Positions 1 to 8,500 of a stretch of DNA of 49,152 bases are shown here, piece after piece. Positions within the stretch are counted from its first letter, which is position 1; each line of letters begins with the position of its first letter. The stretch covers positions 1 through 49,152 of the forward strand of contig JAFWDK010000035.1 in assembly GCA_017513085.1 (NCBI GenBank). Direction: 5' to 3'. Below the pieces are notes generated by a model. That model had not been told where the DNA came from. It searched no databases and saw only the letters and a program-made list of their open reading frames with translations. The position numbers and the translations under genes were made by a program. The DNA comes from Clostridiales bacterium (GTDB taxonomy: Bacteria; Bacillota; Clostridia; Saccharofermentanales; Saccharofermentanaceae).

Positions 1-2238
1 CGGCGATTCAATCAGGAAGAAGTATGCGCAGTCACCACCTGTGCGGTTACCTTCCTCGATCTCCTTAACCCAGAAAGCTTTTCCTTCTGGCTCAGATGCA
101 CGGTTCAGGGCGATTGTATAAAGACGCTCTACGAAATCTGCAATGGAAGGATCCTTATCCGGGATTGGAGTAGGATCGCCTGGCTTAGTTGTAGGTGTAG
201 GATCTCCAGGTTTTGTTGTAGGAGTCGGATCTCCTGGTTTAGTCGTAGGAGTTGGTTCACCTGGAACAGGTGTAGGTGTATTAGTCAGTGTGACCGTCGG
301 AGGCGTTGTCGGTTCTGCTACCATGATCGTTACAGTAATACTATCTTCCTTAACCTCCAAAACCTCGCCGGCCTTCGGATCCTGATAAACAACTGTCAAC
401 GGCTCAGCAGTATCAACATGAGCCCAACCGACCTGCACTGTCACTTCCTTGAATCCAGCATTCTTCAGATCCTCTTCAAGGAAGGTCTTCGCTTCTTCGT
501 AGTTCTTACCAATCACATCCGGCATTGTGTATGTCGGCACTGGCGTTGGGGTAGGTGTTGATGTTGGCGTTGGTGTAGTAATCGGGTCAAATCTTTTCGG
601 CGTAAGAACTACACAAGAATCAATTGATAAGACATGATTCCACTCTACTCCCGAGATTTGATGCCAACCGTCATAGTATTTTCCGTCATCAGAAATACTA
701 CCCTCGGAAAAATCTCTTAGTCCGTATGCGCAATTTGAAATATCTAATTTCTCGATTTTATTATCGTAACAATATAGATAATACAGCTTCAGGTTTCTAA
801 GCAGATCCAAGCTAGTTATTTGATTATTGTAACAATACAAAGAATACAAAGACTTATTATTGCTTACATCCAAACTTGTTAGTTTGCAATTATAGCATTC
901 AAAATCATATAGACTCGTCAAGTTGCTTACATCTAGGCTCTCTAGCGGATTCTTACTGCAATACAATTTTGTTATATGTGAGTTGTTTGATAAATCCAAA
1001 CTGGTTAATTTGTTGCTATAACAATGCAAATGGATCAATTGTGCATTTTGACTTAAATCCAAGTTTTTCAATGCATTGCCTTCACAATACAGATACGCTA
1101 GTTTCGAGCATCCACTCACATCTAGAGAAGTCAATTTATTGTTGTAACAAGCAACCTTATACATCTTGGTATTGTTGCTCAAATCCAAAGTCTTTAGCGG
1201 ATTATCATGACAATACAACTCTTCCAAATCAGCGTTTTGGCTTACGTCCAAACCTGACAACTGATTATGATGGCAATAAAGCGTAATCAAAAGCGGACAC
1301 TGGCTCACATCCAAACTCGTCAGTTTGTTTTCATGACAGTATAGAGTGCGCAATTTCTCGTTTTTGCTCACATCCAGACTCGTCAGTTGATTGGGACCGC
1401 AAAAAAGTGCGAGCAACGAATCACACGTGCTTACATCTAAGCTGGTTAGTTTATTGCCTCTACAATCTAGATACTCTAATGAAGTATTCGTGCTTAAATC
1501 CAGATTTGTTAATTCATTTCCGCTACAATCCAATGTATCCAACTGCGAGCATTGTCTGATATTCAAGGATTTAATGTCATTTCCATTACAATGAACCCAC
1601 TTCAAATTTTGATTGTTGCCCAAATCCAATTCTTTTAGTTTATTGAATGAACAAAACAGTCTTTCCAAATACAAGTTGTTGTTTAAATCCAAACTTGTTA
1701 GATTCTGTTTGTCAAGCGACAATTGCTTCAAATTAAGGTTACAGTGCAAATCTATACTTTCCAATTTACTTGTCTTATCATCCGCATCACAGTATAATTC
1801 CTCCAAAGCTATATTATTCCGAAGATCCAATTCTTTCAGACTAGTGCAACTACAGTTGAGTTTTTTCAGTTTGGTATTCTTACTCAAATCCATCCTTAAT
1901 AAATGCGTTGTATTGCAATAAAGGGTAGTTAGATTTGTAAAGTACTCAATTCCAGCCAAATCTGAGATGGCTGAATGAGATAAGTCTATTGTAGTAACTT
2001 TATCTATCTCCTCTTTAGATAGTTTTCCATTCTTATCTAAGTCTATATGATCTCTTATATACATTCGAAAACTCCCATCTGGGAAATCCACTACATCTAC
2101 CTCTTCGAAAGGAACTGCATCCTCTGCGGATATCTCCTCTTCTTCTGCGCGTACTGTCGGGGCAATGCCCTTCCCAATCACCGGTGCAGCCATGATTGCC
2201 GCTACCAGCACGCCTGCTAATATCAATCTTCGTTTCAT
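1..2238 (-). CDS. Secreted leucine-rich-repeat (internalin-like) surface protein with PASTA-like domain, PT-rich linkers and DUF4214-like domain; C-terminus lies beyond the window edge
   Basis: Not in ORF track. Frame read by hand is stop-free from ATG 2238 (RBS AAGGAGG) to base 1. Signal peptide MKRRLILAGVLVAAIMAA, cap FPDGSFRMYI..DLDKNGKLSKEEI, about 20 LxxLxCxxNxLxxLDL repeats, MPDVIGKNYEEAK (PASTA-like), and ERLYTIALNRASEPEGKAFW similar to 11548..12696. Confidence 0.88.
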   Translation of the reverse strand, partial: MKRRLILAGVLVAAIMAAPVIGKGIAPTVRAEEEEISAEDAVPFEEVDVVDFPDGSFRMYIRDHIDLDKNGKLSKEEIDKVTTIDLSHSAISDLAGIEYFTNLTTLYCNTTHLLRMDLSKNTKLKKLNCSCTSLKELDLRNNIALEELYCDADDKTSKLESIDLHCNLNLKQLSLDKQNLTSLDLNNNLYLERLFCSFNKLKELDLGNNQNLKWVHCNGNDIKSLNIRQCSQLDTLDCSGNELTNLDLSTNTSLEYLDCRGNKLTSLDVSTCDSLLALFCGPNQLTSLDVSKNEKLRTLYCHENKLTSLDVSQCPLLITLYCHHNQLSGLDVSQNADLEELYCHDNPLKTLDLSNNTKMYKVACYNNKLTSLDVSGCSKLAYLYCEGNALKNLDLSQNAQLIHLHCYSNKLTSLDLSNNSHITKLYCSKNPLESLDVSNLTSLYDFECYNCKLTSLDVSNNKSLYSLYCYNNQITSLDLLRNLKLYYLYCYDNKIEKLDISNCAYGLRDFSEGSISDDGKYYDGWHQISGVEWNHVLSIDSCVVLTPKRFDPITTPTPTSTPTPTPVPTYTMPDVIGKNYEEAKTFLEEDLKNAGFKEVTVQVGWAHVDTAEPLTVVYQDPKAGEVLEVKEDSITVTIMVAEPTTPPTVTLTNTPTPVPGEPTPTTKPGDPTPTTKPGDPTPTTKPGDPTPIPDKDPSIADFVERLYTIALNRASEPEGKAFWVKEIEEGNRTGGDCAYFFLIESP

Positions 2239-2313
2239 GAATCTAAACCTCCTTTTGCTTGCATCTCATTTTTCATACTCAAACAACACCTCCTGTTCGA
2301 ATTCAAAATGCAG

Positions 2314-2353
2314 AAAACAAAAACGCAACGCATCCTATACAAACGCATTGCGT
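2314..2353 (-). terminator. Intrinsic terminator in the leader of the LRR gene
   Basis: Minus strand ACGCAATGCGT/ATGCGTTGCGT 11-bp stem (2 G-U) followed by TTTTGTTTT. Confidence 0.7.
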
Positions 2354-2464
2354 ATTAAACGATCAACAGACAGGCAGAATTAGACAGATGTAACTTAGCT
2401 TGCTTCAAAAGCCTATCCCCACTGCTCATTTTCGTCAACCTTTCCACATTCACAACCTTAGATT

Positions 2465-2493
2465 ATTATCGCACAAACCCAGTGCAGAGTAAA
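2465..2493 (-). promoter_or_regulatory. Candidate sigmaA promoter
   Basis: TTTACT-N17-GATAAT with a TG extended -10. Confidence 0.4.
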
Positions 2494-2562
2494 GATTTCT
2501 TGCGATCGTATGGCTATTTTCGGTCATGTCCGTATCGTGACACAACTTTCTATTGTTGACGT

Positions 2563-3300
2563 TTAGATCTGATACTTCTTCGCAGGATAAAAAGCAAAAC
2601 CTTGTGACTTTGAACCATCGTCTGCCACAACGTAATAATATTCCCCGGCTTCTTGTACCGAATCGTACATAGAAGATGTCACTTTCAAGGATTCTTCTTT
2701 TGTGGTGCTTCCGGCAGAAGGAGTATAGTAAACATAATACTGCGTAGTAGGATCACCATCAGAATCATAGGTCACTTTAGTGCTTTTTCGGGAGATAAAA
2801 AGAAGTGACGTTTTGAGTTTTGCATCTTCAGGTTTAGGTGCCATTGCAGAGTTCATGAAACTTGAGAAAAAGTACAAACCGACGATCATAACAGGAAGCG
2901 GAAGAATGCATAACACGATCCTGATGATGCTCGGCGTCTTGCCGCGTCGCAAGCTCTTGATCACATAGCTGGCGCAGGTGATCACTACGGCGGCGCTCAC
3001 TGCAACAATAAAGAACTTTATAAACACGCCGAAGACTTTCGCACCCTCTTCCTGTCCGAGATAGTATTTCTCATACTCGATCTTCAAAATGTTATCAGTG
3101 AGAATGATCTTTCCACTCTCCGGATCCGTTTTCGCTTCTTTTTGGAGTTGAGCCTGGTATTCCGCTTCCGATGCATCCCATTTTTTCTTGTAGGACTTCT
3201 CTTCATGCTTCATGAACATCACGCCCAAGAAAAACATGGCAAAAATAGCGATCACGGAAATGAATCCGCCCAGTATGCCAATGAGCTTGTTTCTCTGCAT
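2563..3300 (-). CDS. Hypothetical membrane protein (3 TM segments)
   Basis: 245-aa ORF, RBS GGAGG, three hydrophobic stretches. Confidence 0.75.
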   Translation of the reverse strand: MQRNKLIGILGGFISVIAIFAMFFLGVMFMKHEEKSYKKKWDASEAEYQAQLQKEAKTDPESGKIILTDNILKIEYEKYYLGQEEGAKVFGVFIKFFIVAVSAAVVITCASYVIKSLRRGKTPSIIRIVLCILPLPVMIVGLYFFSSFMNSAMAPKPEDAKLKTSLLFISRKSTKVTYDSDGDPTTQYYVYYTPSAGSTTKEESLKVTSSMYDSVQEAGEYYYVVADDGSKSQGFAFYPAKKYQI

Positions 3301-3333
3301 AGCAACCTCCCTTCTGAATGGATCCTCCGATCG

Positions 3334-4980
3334 TTACAGTTTTCCTAATGCGTGTTTCGCTGCAATCAGACCGAATGTATAGCAACGGCCGAGAGAAAGT
3401 CCTGTCTGATGAAATGGGTAATCGGCGCCGCCGTAAAAAGGACCACCGAGATTTCCGATACAATATAAGCCTTCGATCGGTGTGCCGTCTTCGTGCAGAG
3501 CCTGGCCGTTCTCGTTGGTCAGAACACCGGACACTTCCGCAGAAACACGGATGTGTTTTCTCGCACCCCAGAAAGGTGCTTTCGCGATTTTGTGCATGTA
3601 CTTGGACGGCTTACCGAAGTCTTCGTCGCACTTCTTCTCACAAAGCTCGTTATAGCGATCGATAGAAGCCTTCATGGCATCGTACGGGATGTCCAGTTCT
3701 TTTGCCAGCTCTTCGAGCGTATCGCAGCGATGCAGATCGATGAGGTTCTTGAATACACCTTGAGGCTCCTCGACTTCGCCTGGGATGAATTTGCTCATCA
3801 CCTGCGGCGGTACCGGACCATCAACAAATTCATCTTTCGGCCAGTTCATGTAGTTGTTATCGTAGATCGTAACATACCAGCCCTTCGAACCTGCGCGGTG
3901 ATCCTTGTCACGCATGGTGCCCTTGTAGGACGGCTGGTACTTCAGGATGTTGCCCATGTACACGAAGCCGGTGTACTCGTTAGTGAAACGCTCGCCCTTC
4001 ATGTTCAGGTAGAGGAACGGTTCTTCGAACATAAGCGCCGAGTCGAAATCGTGCATCATCTTGGTGTGACCCTGTGGTTCCATCTGCGCACCGACAGAAA
4101 TTGCCAGAACATGACCGTCACCGGTTTTGTTACTCTGCTTCTTATCGAATTCATCGATGTCCGGGCACCAACGCTGAACCATCGACTTATTATTCGAATA
4201 ATCACCGGTTGCAAGGATCACCGCCTTCGAAGCATTGAAACGGATATACTCGCCACTCTTGCTTTTCCCGATGACCCCCGTCACGCGTCCGTTTTCTGTG
4301 ATCAGCTGGACCGCCGGAGTGGAAAAGAACGTCTTAAGATTCGGACACTTTGCCTTAATGTTTTTCACGATATTACGAAGTGCATTGCCCACGTTCAGTG
4401 GCTTCGGGCCGATCCAAGGCGCCCAAAAATAGCAGTGGTCATCGCCGTAATCGTAGGTGTTTCCACGGTCATTCCATACGCCGGTAAAATCACCGCTGGT
4501 ACTTCTGAATGCGCAAAGCTTGTCGCCATCATTTAACAGTTTGGCGCTCTCGGTATTGCTGTCGACTTTGCTACCATCGCCATATTCGGTTTCTTTCGTA
4601 AAACCGGCACGGTTATAAAGCCACATCATGGCCTCTTCCGAATGGTCGGCGTAAGCCCGCAGCTGTTTCGTATCAGCACGCCAGTCGCACAGGCTGTTCG
4701 TGTGGTGGATCCACTTGGCGATGCCCGCTTCCGTCGATCTCGATTTAATGATCGCCGATCCGCAGTTTCCCTGGGAAACCACATTCGCTTCCTTCTGCAG
4801 AAGCGCGACCTTCGCGCCCTGCTCTGCCGCGATACCGGCGGCTGGAACTCCAGCTGCTCCGGCACCTACCACTACGATATCAAAGTCCAATGTCTTGCTC
4901 GGCTTAAGTTTGCCAAGTTCGACGGAGGAATCCTCAATTTCACCTAAAGTCAGTCCCTCAGGGACAAGTGCTTTTGCCAT
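3334..4980 (-). CDS. FAD-dependent oxidoreductase (FAD_binding_2; fumarate reductase flavoprotein/3-ketosteroid dehydrogenase-like)
   Basis: DIVVVGAGAAG, AVILATGDY, TGDGH, GERFTNE, IEGLYCIGN motifs. Start moved to MAKALVPEG behind GAAGGAGAGG. Confidence 0.85.
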   Translation of the reverse strand: MAKALVPEGLTLGEIEDSSVELGKLKPSKTLDFDIVVVGAGAAGVPAAGIAAEQGAKVALLQKEANVVSQGNCGSAIIKSRSTEAGIAKWIHHTNSLCDWRADTKQLRAYADHSEEAMMWLYNRAGFTKETEYGDGSKVDSNTESAKLLNDGDKLCAFRSTSGDFTGVWNDRGNTYDYGDDHCYFWAPWIGPKPLNVGNALRNIVKNIKAKCPNLKTFFSTPAVQLITENGRVTGVIGKSKSGEYIRFNASKAVILATGDYSNNKSMVQRWCPDIDEFDKKQSNKTGDGHVLAISVGAQMEPQGHTKMMHDFDSALMFEEPFLYLNMKGERFTNEYTGFVYMGNILKYQPSYKGTMRDKDHRAGSKGWYVTIYDNNYMNWPKDEFVDGPVPPQVMSKFIPGEVEEPQGVFKNLIDLHRCDTLEELAKELDIPYDAMKASIDRYNELCEKKCDEDFGKPSKYMHKIAKAPFWGARKHIRVSAEVSGVLTNENGQALHEDGTPIEGLYCIGNLGGPFYGGADYPFHQTGLSLGRCYTFGLIAAKHALGKL

Positions 4981-5129
4981 ATACAAACCTCTCCTTCTAT
5001 ATTCCAAAGAACAATTATAAACAAAATTTATAAGACTGTCATGTTCACTTCTCCGAAAACGTATATATGATCCTTGAATCTCCACTCGTTGTGGTAGAAT
5101 AAGGTGAATAAATATGTACGAGGTCACAC

Positions 5130-7487
5130 ATGAAGATCAAAGATATACTGCAAGACCGCGCCATCCTGATCTGGGGATACGGCCGCGAGGGAAAATCCAC
5201 GGAGAATTTCATTAAGACGCATTGTCAGGTCAAAAGTCTGGAAATCTTTGAGGGCAAGGAAGAAGACATCGATCCAGATAAATACGACTATATTCTCAAA
5301 AGCCCCGGTATTGCACCGAAAAAGCCGAATCCGAAGTATATCTCGCAGACCAAGCTTTTCATGCAGGAATTCCGCGGTCAGACGATCGGCATCACAGGCA
5401 CCAAGGGCAAAAGCACTACTTCTTCCATGCTCTACCACGTATTACGCGAATGCTACGGCGGAAGTGCTTTTCTCGTAGGAAATATCGGATTCCCGTGTCT
5501 CGACCATTATGACGAGATCACCGATGATTCACTCATCGTATATGAGTTAAGCTGTCATCAGCTTTCCGACCTCGAGTTTTCACCTCATGTCGCGGTGTTC
5601 CTGAATCTCTACGAGGATCACCTCGACCGCTATATCACGAAAGAGAACTACTTTAACGCTAAGAAAAACATTACGATCCATCAGGAGGCGGGTGACTTTT
5701 TCTTCTACGGAAACGACGTGCCGGAGATCGATACACGCGCTGAGAAGCACCTGATCCGTTTCGACGAAGCGATGGATCTCAACATGAAACTGCGTGGGGA
5801 CCATAACCGCTTTAACGCGACGTTCGTCTATCAGATCGCCACAATGGTCTTCGGGCTCGACAGTGACAAGGTCAAGGCCGCGATCGAGACTTTTGAGGGA
5901 TTGCGTCATCGTCTGGAGTTTGTGGGCAATATCGGAGGTATCGACTACTATAACGATTCCATTTCCACGATCCCGCAGGCGACGATCCAGGCGATCGGTA
6001 GCATCAGGAACACGCACACTGTCCTGATCGGCGGTATGGAACGGGATATCGATTATTCTTCGCTAATTGACTATATCCGCGCGCATCAGGATCTTACGTA
6101 TATTTTCATGTATAAGTCCGGACGAAGGATCTTCGATTCGGTCGGTGATCTGCCGTGCTGTTTCTATGTGGACGATCTCGCAAGTGCCGTTTCTATGGCC
6201 AAGGAAAAAACGCCGGAAGGTTCGGCCTGTGTCCTCTCTCCCGCTGCGGCATCCTACGGGTATTTCAAGAATTTCGAAGAGCGAGGCGATGCTTACTGTG
6301 CACTGGTGCGCGGTAGCGCGGATGAAAAAAAAACGACTTCTCTCGTCTTCACGGGTGATATCGGATTTGACCGCTACATGGAAGGCCGCTGGAAAGATCC
6401 GGCACTTCTGAGTGATGAACTTCGCGCACTTCTTAAGAGCGCGGACCATGTGATCACGAATGTGGAAGGACCGATCATGGCGGGAACGAAGAACGAAGAA
6501 AACAGCGGCGCGAAACAGCTTCTGCACTTCATGGATCCGGAAGTCGGCGATTTCCTGAAAGACATCGGTTCCGACATCTGGAACATCTGTAATAACCACA
6601 TCATGGACGCAGGTCCGGACGGCATCTACAGCACGCTGGAAGAAGCGAAAAAGCGTGGCGTACAGACGATCGGTGCGGGCGAAAACATCGATGCTGCCCG
6701 GATTCCTGTCATACTTCCGGAAGCAGGCGGAATTGGTATGTTCGGCGTGGGTTATCAGCGTGCGTGCCGTGTGGCCGGCGAAGAGAAACCGGGCTGTTTC
6801 AGCTGGAGCGATCTCGATGCGATCCGGCGCGTGATCAGTGATATCAAGAGCCGTTGCCGCTGGTGCATCGTTGTGGCGCACGCGGGCGAGGAGTTCACAC
6901 CGCTTCCGTCCCCGTACACACGCGAGCGTTATCTTAAGTATCTCGAGATGGGCGCGGACATCGTCATCTCCCATCACCCGCATGTACCGATGAACTATGA
7001 GACCGTGGGCGACAAGGTCATCTTCTACTCTCTCGGCAACTTCATTTTCGACACGGATTATCAACGTTCCCAGTTTAATACGGAAAAAGGACTCGTCGTG
7101 AAACTGAACTTCACGGAAAGTGCTTTTGATTTTGAATCGTACGGAATCGATATCGTAAGAGGCGACGAGAGGATCGAGATCGGGGAACTTCCGGTAATCT
7201 TCCAGGATGTGCAGGAAGAAGAGTATAAACTTCTCGCCCCGCTTTCAGCCAAGATGCTGGTGGCTGCAACCAAGCGCCAGATGACTTACCTCAATCCGGC
7301 GCGCTTTAAGGATGCGACCGAGGAAGAATGGGCGGAGCACTTTGCCGAACCGCTCCGTACCGGACGCGTGCCTGGCGAGACACTGGATTTCGCGATCATC
7401 TGCCCGCTTGCCGAGCGCGAAAAGGACCAGGACTGGAAGAAGAGCAAGCACCAGGATATCGTCGAATATATTCAGAAACAGATGTAA
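5130..7487 (+). CDS. murD: MurD-family ligase fused to a C-terminal CapA/PgsA-family metallophosphoesterase
   Basis: N-terminal GITGTKGKSTT, GNIG, ELSCHQL, EDHLDRY, NDSIST, SPAAAS..F..F.ERG. C-terminal FTGDI, NVEGP, NNHIMDAG, AHAGEE, ISHHPHV, YSLGNFIF. Confidence 0.85.
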   Translation: MKIKDILQDRAILIWGYGREGKSTENFIKTHCQVKSLEIFEGKEEDIDPDKYDYILKSPGIAPKKPNPKYISQTKLFMQEFRGQTIGITGTKGKSTTSSMLYHVLRECYGGSAFLVGNIGFPCLDHYDEITDDSLIVYELSCHQLSDLEFSPHVAVFLNLYEDHLDRYITKENYFNAKKNITIHQEAGDFFFYGNDVPEIDTRAEKHLIRFDEAMDLNMKLRGDHNRFNATFVYQIATMVFGLDSDKVKAAIETFEGLRHRLEFVGNIGGIDYYNDSISTIPQATIQAIGSIRNTHTVLIGGMERDIDYSSLIDYIRAHQDLTYIFMYKSGRRIFDSVGDLPCCFYVDDLASAVSMAKEKTPEGSACVLSPAAASYGYFKNFEERGDAYCALVRGSADEKKTTSLVFTGDIGFDRYMEGRWKDPALLSDELRALLKSADHVITNVEGPIMAGTKNEENSGAKQLLHFMDPEVGDFLKDIGSDIWNICNNHIMDAGPDGIYSTLEEAKKRGVQTIGAGENIDAARIPVILPEAGGIGMFGVGYQRACRVAGEEKPGCFSWSDLDAIRRVISDIKSRCRWCIVVAHAGEEFTPLPSPYTRERYLKYLEMGADIVISHHPHVPMNYETVGDKVIFYSLGNFIFDTDYQRSQFNTEKGLVVKLNFTESAFDFESYGIDIVRGDERIEIGELPVIFQDVQEEEYKLLAPLSAKMLVAATKRQMTYLNPARFKDATEEEWAEHFAEPLRTGRVPGETLDFAIICPLAEREKDQDWKKSKHQDIVEYIQKQM

Positions 7488-7502
7488 TGATATGAAGCTG
7501 AA

Positions 7503-7518
7503 GTTAGTTTAATCTAAC
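7503..7518. promoter_or_regulatory. GTTAG-N6-CTAAC palindrome, candidate DtxR/MntR-family operator
   Basis: GTTAGtttaatCTAAC, same consensus as the boxes upstream of feoA. Confidence 0.55.
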
Positions 7519-7549
7519 TAAGATGTATCGATCAACAAAGGAGCCGACT

Positions 7550-8500
7550 ATGCCAACAGGAAATTATCCGGAACACGATATCAACCAGGTCTTCGACTAC
7601 ATTCAGGTCGTTCTTCATGCAGGTGGCGTCGCAGATAATGCTCTCGACGAGATGTCTTTGATCAACCGTCTTTTCGCCGCTTTGCCGGTGCAGGCGGTCG
7701 AGTACGGTATGCAGTTCCTGCATGGTAAGCGTGACCTTCCGAAGTCTTGCGATGAGATCATGCCGCTTTTTATCCGTTTCGTAAATCTCGTTGAGTACTG
7801 CGAGACCATCGTGAAGATGCGAAACATACCTTCGCATCCGACACCGGAAGAACTGGCCGAACGGGTCAAAATGAACGCTTCCCTCGACGTATTCGAAAAG
7901 GCATTCTGCACACCGCTTCTGGGCTATTCATTCAATAACGGAAAAGCCAAAGCAGGTAGCGCGAATGCTTCTGAGGCACAGACATCGGCTGTATCGGGCG
8001 CAGTTTCGGAAGAAGCAAAGAATGCTGAAGCGATGGAAAACGCGAATGAGGATCTCGCGAAGGCTTCCTCTGCCGAAGAGAATACAGCGGATGCAGAGGG
8101 CTCTTCCAACCTGCATCTCATGAACGATTCCGCCCCGGTCTTTGTGTGTAAAGACGCATTGGCGACAGCGCTTTTCTATGAGACCAAACTCGGTTTTTCC
8201 GCGGCGCATCTCGATGATGAAAGCATGCCGCACATCTGCCTTAGCCGCGATAACATTCATATCATTCTCGTACAGGCAAAAGAAGGGGACGCCGTTCGTC
8301 CGCTGCGCGAACTGTACGGCATCCCGTATGATCTTTATATCTATGTTTCCGAGCCCATGATGCTCCAGCTGGAGCTTTCCGGCGCGGGGGTCACGATCGT
8401 AAAAGTGCTGGATCCGGCAGAGTCTTCCGTCAACACAAACCGCGAATTTGTTTTCGCCGACAACGACGGACGTCACATCTGTGTATCGCATCGCGCTTAA
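7550..8500 (+). CDS. Protein with unknown helical N-domain, acidic/Ala-rich linker and C-terminal VOC (glyoxalase/bleomycin-resistance) domain
   Basis: APVFVCKD...ALFYETKLGF and REFVFADNDGRHI motifs. ATG 7550 follows AAGGAG. Confidence 0.7.
   Translation: MPTGNYPEHDINQVFDYIQVVLHAGGVADNALDEMSLINRLFAALPVQAVEYGMQFLHGKRDLPKSCDEIMPLFIRFVNLVEYCETIVKMRNIPSHPTPEELAERVKMNASLDVFEKAFCTPLLGYSFNNGKAKAGSANASEAQTSAVSGAVSEEAKNAEAMENANEDLAKASSAEENTADAEGSSNLHLMNDSAPVFVCKDALATALFYETKLGFSAAHLDDESMPHICLSRDNIHIILVQAKEGDAVRPLRELYGIPYDLYIYVSEPMMLQLELSGAGVTIVKVLDPAESSVNTNREFVFADNDGRHICVSHRA

Noticed and set aside
600-2090. Diversity-generating retroelement target
   Set aside because: No reverse transcriptase and no template/variable repeat pair in the window
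2355-2460. c-di-GMP-I or c-di-AMP riboswitch call
   Set aside because: Only short look-alike words (GAAAG..GACG, TGGGG, AGCTAA); required helices not found
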